Source: Candidatus Fimimonas merdipullorum
GTDB lineage: Bacteria > Bacillota > Clostridia > Christensenellales > CAG-314
Direction of reading: 5' to 3'
NCBI GenBank assembly: GCA_018713905.1
Contig: DVOC01000065.1
Coordinates: 1-54,979, forward strand
Length of the DNA: 54,979 bases
Part shown: in pieces, positions 51,637 through 54,979 of the stretch
Layout: every line of letters starts with the position of its first letter
Position numbering within the stretch: position 1 is the first letter of the stretch
Program-made: the position numbers and the translations under genes
The notes under the pieces: model-generated
What the model saw: only the letters and a program-made list of their open reading frames with translations
What the model was told of the DNA's origin: nothing
The model's database searches: none

Positions 51637-51978
51637 TCAGTTCAGATAGGCGGAGTATCTTTCCGCCAACGCAATCAGCGTTTCTGTGTCTATCATTCCT
51701 TTGCCCACGGCAATTTTAAGATAACTGCCGTTAAACGCTTCGAATACCTGCTGCGACACGGGTACAAGCTGCGAAAATTCCTCGTAAGTGTACAATCCGT
51801 ATTCCGCTATATCTTCTGCCATTTTTGCTTGATCTATCTTCATGGTGTCTTTGTCCACTTCAAAGATATTAAACATTCCGTCTATTCCGCCCGGCACGGA
51901 CAACATTCCGTTGACGTAGTAGCACAAATGGCTGTACGTGATCGGGATGTGAGCCATGGTTACAATTTTTTTCGACAT
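51637..51978 (-). CDS. Small cytoplasmic protein (113 aa) of unknown function, low-GC island gene 2
   Basis: ATG 51978 with GAGGAG 6 nt upstream (the ORF track starts at GTG 52044). No signal peptide. The sequence HLCYYVNGMLS...YGLYTYEEF...FNGSYLKIAVGKG recalls the region after the Hint domain of large clostridial surface proteins (from memory, unverified). Confidence 0.5.
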   Translation of the reverse strand: MSKKIVTMAHIPITYSHLCYYVNGMLSVPGGIDGMFNIFEVDKDTMKIDQAKMAEDIAEYGLYTYEEFSQLVPVSQQVFEAFNGSYLKIAVGKGMIDTETLIALAERYSAYLN

Positions 51979-52043
51979 GATTATCTCCTCATCGGTTTTA
52001 GGTATATTTATGTTGTATATGCACGTCTGACTGATTTGTCGCA

Positions 52044-52559
52044 CTACTCTTCTATATCAATGTCGGCAAGTTTGATTTCGAGATGGATTTTGCGTGAAGG
52101 TACACTTTTTACTCCGGCATCAAACTCTATATCAAACACGTATATTCCTTTTCCTGACACAAGCTCAATTGCGCTGTCGGGATAAATATAATCGGGTATT
52201 CCTCCTGCAGAAGCTAACCAACTCGGATCACTGTCCTTTTCATGCTCGAGATAGTGTGAAGTCATGTGGATCGACAAGTAATCCAAGTAGTCTTCGGCGA
52301 ATTTCCATTCTCCGTCTTTGTCTTTTTGTGGAACGCAAAATTGATAGAAGCTGAGTTCTGCCGCAGGTGCGTCTATCGTCAGATAAACTCTGTTTACCCC
52401 CGGATAAAAGGTGACTATCTGCTTGTTTCCCTCCCCATACGTAATAAGCATGGAGAAGGAGGTGTGCCGCTTTTCCTCTTCGCATGCGCCAAAGGCAAGG
52501 CACGTTATCAGCAGCAGTACTGCCAATGCTACCACAGCCGACTTTTTGATTTTGGTCAT
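52044..52559 (-). CDS. Lipoprotein of unknown function (171 aa), low-GC island gene 1
   Basis: MTKIKKSAVVALAVLLLITCLAFGAC signal peptide plus lipobox. Start set to ATG 52559 (AAAGGGAGGAAG RBS). AT-rich. Confidence 0.65.
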   Translation of the reverse strand: MTKIKKSAVVALAVLLLITCLAFGACEEEKRHTSFSMLITYGEGNKQIVTFYPGVNRVYLTIDAPAAELSFYQFCVPQKDKDGEWKFAEDYLDYLSIHMTSHYLEHEKDSDPSWLASAGGIPDYIYPDSAIELVSGKGIYVFDIEFDAGVKSVPSRKIHLEIKLADIDIEE

Positions 52560-52648
52560 AGAACTTCCTCCCTTTATTTTTACGGACAGCGTCCGCAAGA
52601 ATCAAAAAATACAAATTTTGCACGAAATAAAGCCCTCGTTGCAAATAT

Positions 52649-52677
52649 ATTATATAACTTATAAATGATTTTTGCAA
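52649..52677 (-). promoter_or_regulatory. Promoter of the low-GC operon (TTGCAA-17-TATAAT)
   Basis: Minus strand: TTGCAA (52677-52672), 17-nt spacer, TATAAT (52654-52649). Lies 38 bp from the end of array R6. Confidence 0.5.
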
Positions 52678-52715
52678 TAGTAATTATCAATAATGAACCA
52701 AGTTTTTTATTGAAA

Positions 52716-53080
52716 CACCTCGCCGCACCTCGCCGGCGAGGCGACTGACGTTTGAGTTTATTACTTGCGTTCACGTCCTCTACTAAAAGAGTTTTGCCGG
52801 TGGGGCGACCGGCGTATTTGCTTGTGCCTGACGTTTACGCTATCGGCTTCAAGTTATTTTTTTGTGAGACGCCTTGCCGGTGGGGCGAGTGGCGTCTATG
52901 CCTATGACTGACGTTGGGTAATCCACTAAAAACACCTTCCGGTGGGGAGAGTAGCGTATTTGCTGCCTGTGCCTGACGTTTACGCTATCGGCTTCAAGTT
53001 GCAGCGTTCGCCCTGCAAGCACCGTCGGATTGTTGCCCCGCAAGCGCTTTTGTCGCAAAAACTCGCCGCCGTTTGCAAAA
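52716..53080 (-). repeat. Array R6 of the modular repeat family (about 3 units) plus the tail shared with R5
   Basis: cacctcgccgcacctcgccggcgagg mini-repeats, the rc of the GTGAAACTCTTTTAGTGGAG module (ctctactaaaagagtttt), two gcctgacgtttacgctatcggcttcaagtt cores, then the tail 52998-53080. Confidence 0.85.
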
Positions 53081-53122
53081 TTCCCGTCACCATGCCGACG
53101 TTCCCCACAACAAAAAAACAGG

Positions 53123-53151
53123 TTGTTTACAAACGGATTTTGTGGTAAAAT
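53123..53151 (+). promoter_or_regulatory. Candidate promoter of the ABC transporter operon (TTGTTT-17-TAAAAT)
   Basis: TTGTTT 53123-53128, 17-nt spacer, TAAAAT 53146-53151. ATG at 53177. Confidence 0.4.
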
Positions 53152-53176
53152 AGGCGTATAACCTTTGGGGGGAAAA

Positions 53177-54064
53177 ATGTTTGCCATAAAAACGGAAGGT
53201 CTTTGCAAGGCATACGGCGGCGCCGTTGCCGTGAAAGACGTCAACATTGAAATAGCCGAAGGCAGCATAACGGGGCTTGTAGGCAAAAACGGGGCGGGGA
53301 AAACCACCCTGATAAAGCTGCTGGCGGGGCTTACCAACCCCACTGCCGGCAGAGTGTGCGTTTTGCCCAACGGCAGAACTGCCGGTTCGGTGGCGGCGCT
53401 GGTGGAAAGTCCCGCGCTGTACGAAACGCTGACTGCGCGGCAAAACCTTGAGGCGCAATGCCTGCTTTTGGGAATTGCCCCCGACAGAGAGTATCTGCGC
53501 AAAACGCTGGAGCTTGTGGGGTTGCAGGAAGATGCCAAAAAGGTGAAATATTTTTCGTTGGGAATGAAACAGCGGCTGGCTTTGGCGGTGGCTTTGGTGG
53601 GAAAACCGTCGTTGCTGCTTTTGGACGAGCCCACAAACGGGCTGGACCCGCAGGGAATACACGACGTGCGGCAGTTGCTGTTGCAGATAAACGCCGCCAC
53701 TGGGGCGACGATAGTAATTTCCAGCCACCTGCTTACGGAGCTTTCCAAGCTGGCACAAACCTTTTTGTTTATGGACAAGGGCAGCATTGTGGCAACCGCC
53801 ACGGCGGAGCAGCTGCAAAGCCTGAACCTGCGCCGCACGAGAATTGTCTTTGCCGACGCGTCGGAAGCGCAAAAGGCTTTGCCCCTTTTGAGCGAATTTG
53901 GCGAAACAAGCGTTATGGGCGCCATTGCCGAGGTGCAGACGCAAGCTCCCCTGACGCAGATACTGCTTGTTTTGGCACAGCAGGGGGCAAAGGTCACAGG
54001 CGTTTCCGAAAGTACAGACGGACTGGAAGAATACTTTTTGCGGCTGGTGGGAGGTAACAAATGA
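53177..54064 (+). CDS. ABC transporter ATP-binding protein (ABC-2 exporter type)
   Basis: Walker A GKNGAGKTTL, signature-like FSLGMKQRLALA, Walker B LLLLDEPTNGLD, H-loop ISSHLL. Start set to ATG 53177. The stop overlaps the permease ATG (ATGA at 54061-54064). Confidence 0.9.
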   Translation: MFAIKTEGLCKAYGGAVAVKDVNIEIAEGSITGLVGKNGAGKTTLIKLLAGLTNPTAGRVCVLPNGRTAGSVAALVESPALYETLTARQNLEAQCLLLGIAPDREYLRKTLELVGLQEDAKKVKYFSLGMKQRLALAVALVGKPSLLLLDEPTNGLDPQGIHDVRQLLLQINAATGATIVISSHLLTELSKLAQTFLFMDKGSIVATATAEQLQSLNLRRTRIVFADASEAQKALPLLSEFGETSVMGAIAEVQTQAPLTQILLVLAQQGAKVTGVSESTDGLEEYFLRLVGGNK

Positions 54065-54897
54065 TAAATTTGCTTCGCGTACAGTTTTTTCGCATAAAGA
54101 GGGCGGCGTATTTTTGGATAATGCTGGCTTTGTGCGCCGCTTTGCCGCTGCTTTCGGTGGGGGTGCTTTACCTTTCGGCTTTGGCGCTTTCGGTCACGGG
54201 CGGCGTGCCCGCAGATAGCGTTATGTCGCAGCTTAAAAGCAGCGATCTGACCTCGGCGCAGCTGTCGGGCATGGCGTATTTGCCCTCTAACTCGACGATT
54301 ATGGCGGCAATTTGCGTTGCCGTGCTGCTTTGCGCGGAATTTCGTCAGCACACCGTGCGCAACGCCGTTACGGCGGGGGTGACTGCCCGTGAAACGGGTT
54401 TTGCCTACCTTTTGACGTCGCTGTTTGTGGGGGCGGTGTATTTTTTGACGGAGTTTGTCTTTACGTTGACCTTTTTCGGCATATTTTTCGGCTTTGGCAA
54501 CACCGCCGCCGGCACGGCGACTACGCAGGTGCTGATAAGCTTTGCGGGAGGCATGGCGTGCACGGCGTTTTCCGTCTGCCTGACCTGCGCTTTCGTGCTG
54601 GGCACGCGAAGAACCTCCGTTGCGGTGACGCTGCCGCTGGTGATACTCGCCTTGGGCATAAGCATGATTTCGTCGGCATGCCACTACGCCGCTACGGCGA
54701 TATTGAAAAACGCCTCGTCGCAGCTACTGCAATGCCTGCCCTTGGTGAACGTGGCGGAAGCCACCGCCGCTGTCACGCAAGGAGCATTACCCACCCACCT
54801 GAACGTGGCGATGACGGCTTTGTACTACCTTTTGGGCGGGGCGGCGATAATTTTGCCGATGACGCTATCCACCTTTCCCAAAAACAACGTCAACTGA
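54061..54897 (+). CDS. ABC-2 family transporter permease
   Basis: 278 aa with about 6 hydrophobic helices. The N terminus MINLLRVQFFRIKRAAYFWIML is typical of ABC-2/lantibiotic-immunity-type permeases. Translationally coupled to the ATPase. Confidence 0.75.
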   Translation: MINLLRVQFFRIKRAAYFWIMLALCAALPLLSVGVLYLSALALSVTGGVPADSVMSQLKSSDLTSAQLSGMAYLPSNSTIMAAICVAVLLCAEFRQHTVRNAVTAGVTARETGFAYLLTSLFVGAVYFLTEFVFTLTFFGIFFGFGNTAAGTATTQVLISFAGGMACTAFSVCLTCAFVLGTRRTSVAVTLPLVILALGISMISSACHYAATAILKNASSQLLQCLPLVNVAEATAAVTQGALPTHLNVAMTALYYLLGGAAIILPMTLSTFPKNNVN

Positions 54898-54979
54898 CCT
54901 TTGGCAAAACACACGCCACCTTGCCTGAACGCAAAAGCTATATATTTGCGAACGTAAAGTCGAAAATACGCAAATATAA

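Noticed and set aside
50799-53080. Integron cassette/attC, IS element or composite transposon explanation for the low-GC island.
   Set aside because: There is no integrase or transposase ORF. No terminal inverted repeats are present. The flanking repeats are direct and lack attC-like R''/L''-L'/R' symmetry or a GTTRRRY core. The island is reported instead as a cassette of unknown mobilisation.
52849-54684. 611-aa minus-strand ORF covering repeat array R6 and the ABC transporter genes.
   Set aside because: It is antisense to two well-supported ABC genes and runs through non-coding repeats. The N-terminal half is Arg/His/Lys-rich nonsense.

Overview
This window looks like a chromosomal segment of a moderately GC-rich (about 55-60% by eye) Firmicutes/Clostridia-like bacterium. 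The lineage call rests on tilS-hpt, rpsF-ssb-rpsR, secA-prfB, a CIRCE operator and a SAM-I (S-box) riboswitch. I count about 38 protein genes, mostly housekeeping. They are packed into tight, often overlapping minus-strand chains: adh-rsmA-tilS-hpt; tsaD-P-type ATPase-M32 carboxypeptidase; metK-recD2-comFC-secA-prfB; feoA-feoA-feoB-Cys-rich peptide; asnS-aspS. Plus-strand genes include cls, an amidase-like protein, a glycolipid cluster, an NCS2 permease, a TetR regulator and an ABC-2 exporter. I saw no rRNA, tRNA, CRISPR, transposase, integrase or recognisable defence genes. The unusual content is mostly non-coding. (1) A modular GC-rich intergenic repeat family, BOX/BIME-like and not recognised by me as a named family, forms head-to-tail arrays at six loci, about 2.2 kb in total. 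One array sits inside the feo operon and recodes the end of a feoA gene. Two arrays end exactly in the -35 box of a promoter. Two flank a low-GC island. (2) That island is about 1.6 kb and about 35-45% GC. It carries a lipoprotein / small protein / lipoprotein operon and is bracketed by ~110-bp direct repeats exactly 2001 bp apart. (3) A SAM-I riboswitch heads a gapless 8.1-kb chain that includes essential secA and prfB. (4) Intergenic regions are unusually long (0.4-1.2 kb) for a bacterium. Many promoters show near-consensus TTGACA-17-TATAAT geometry, and two transcripts appear leaderless. All coordinates and counts were derived by hand from the printed sequence; no searches were run.
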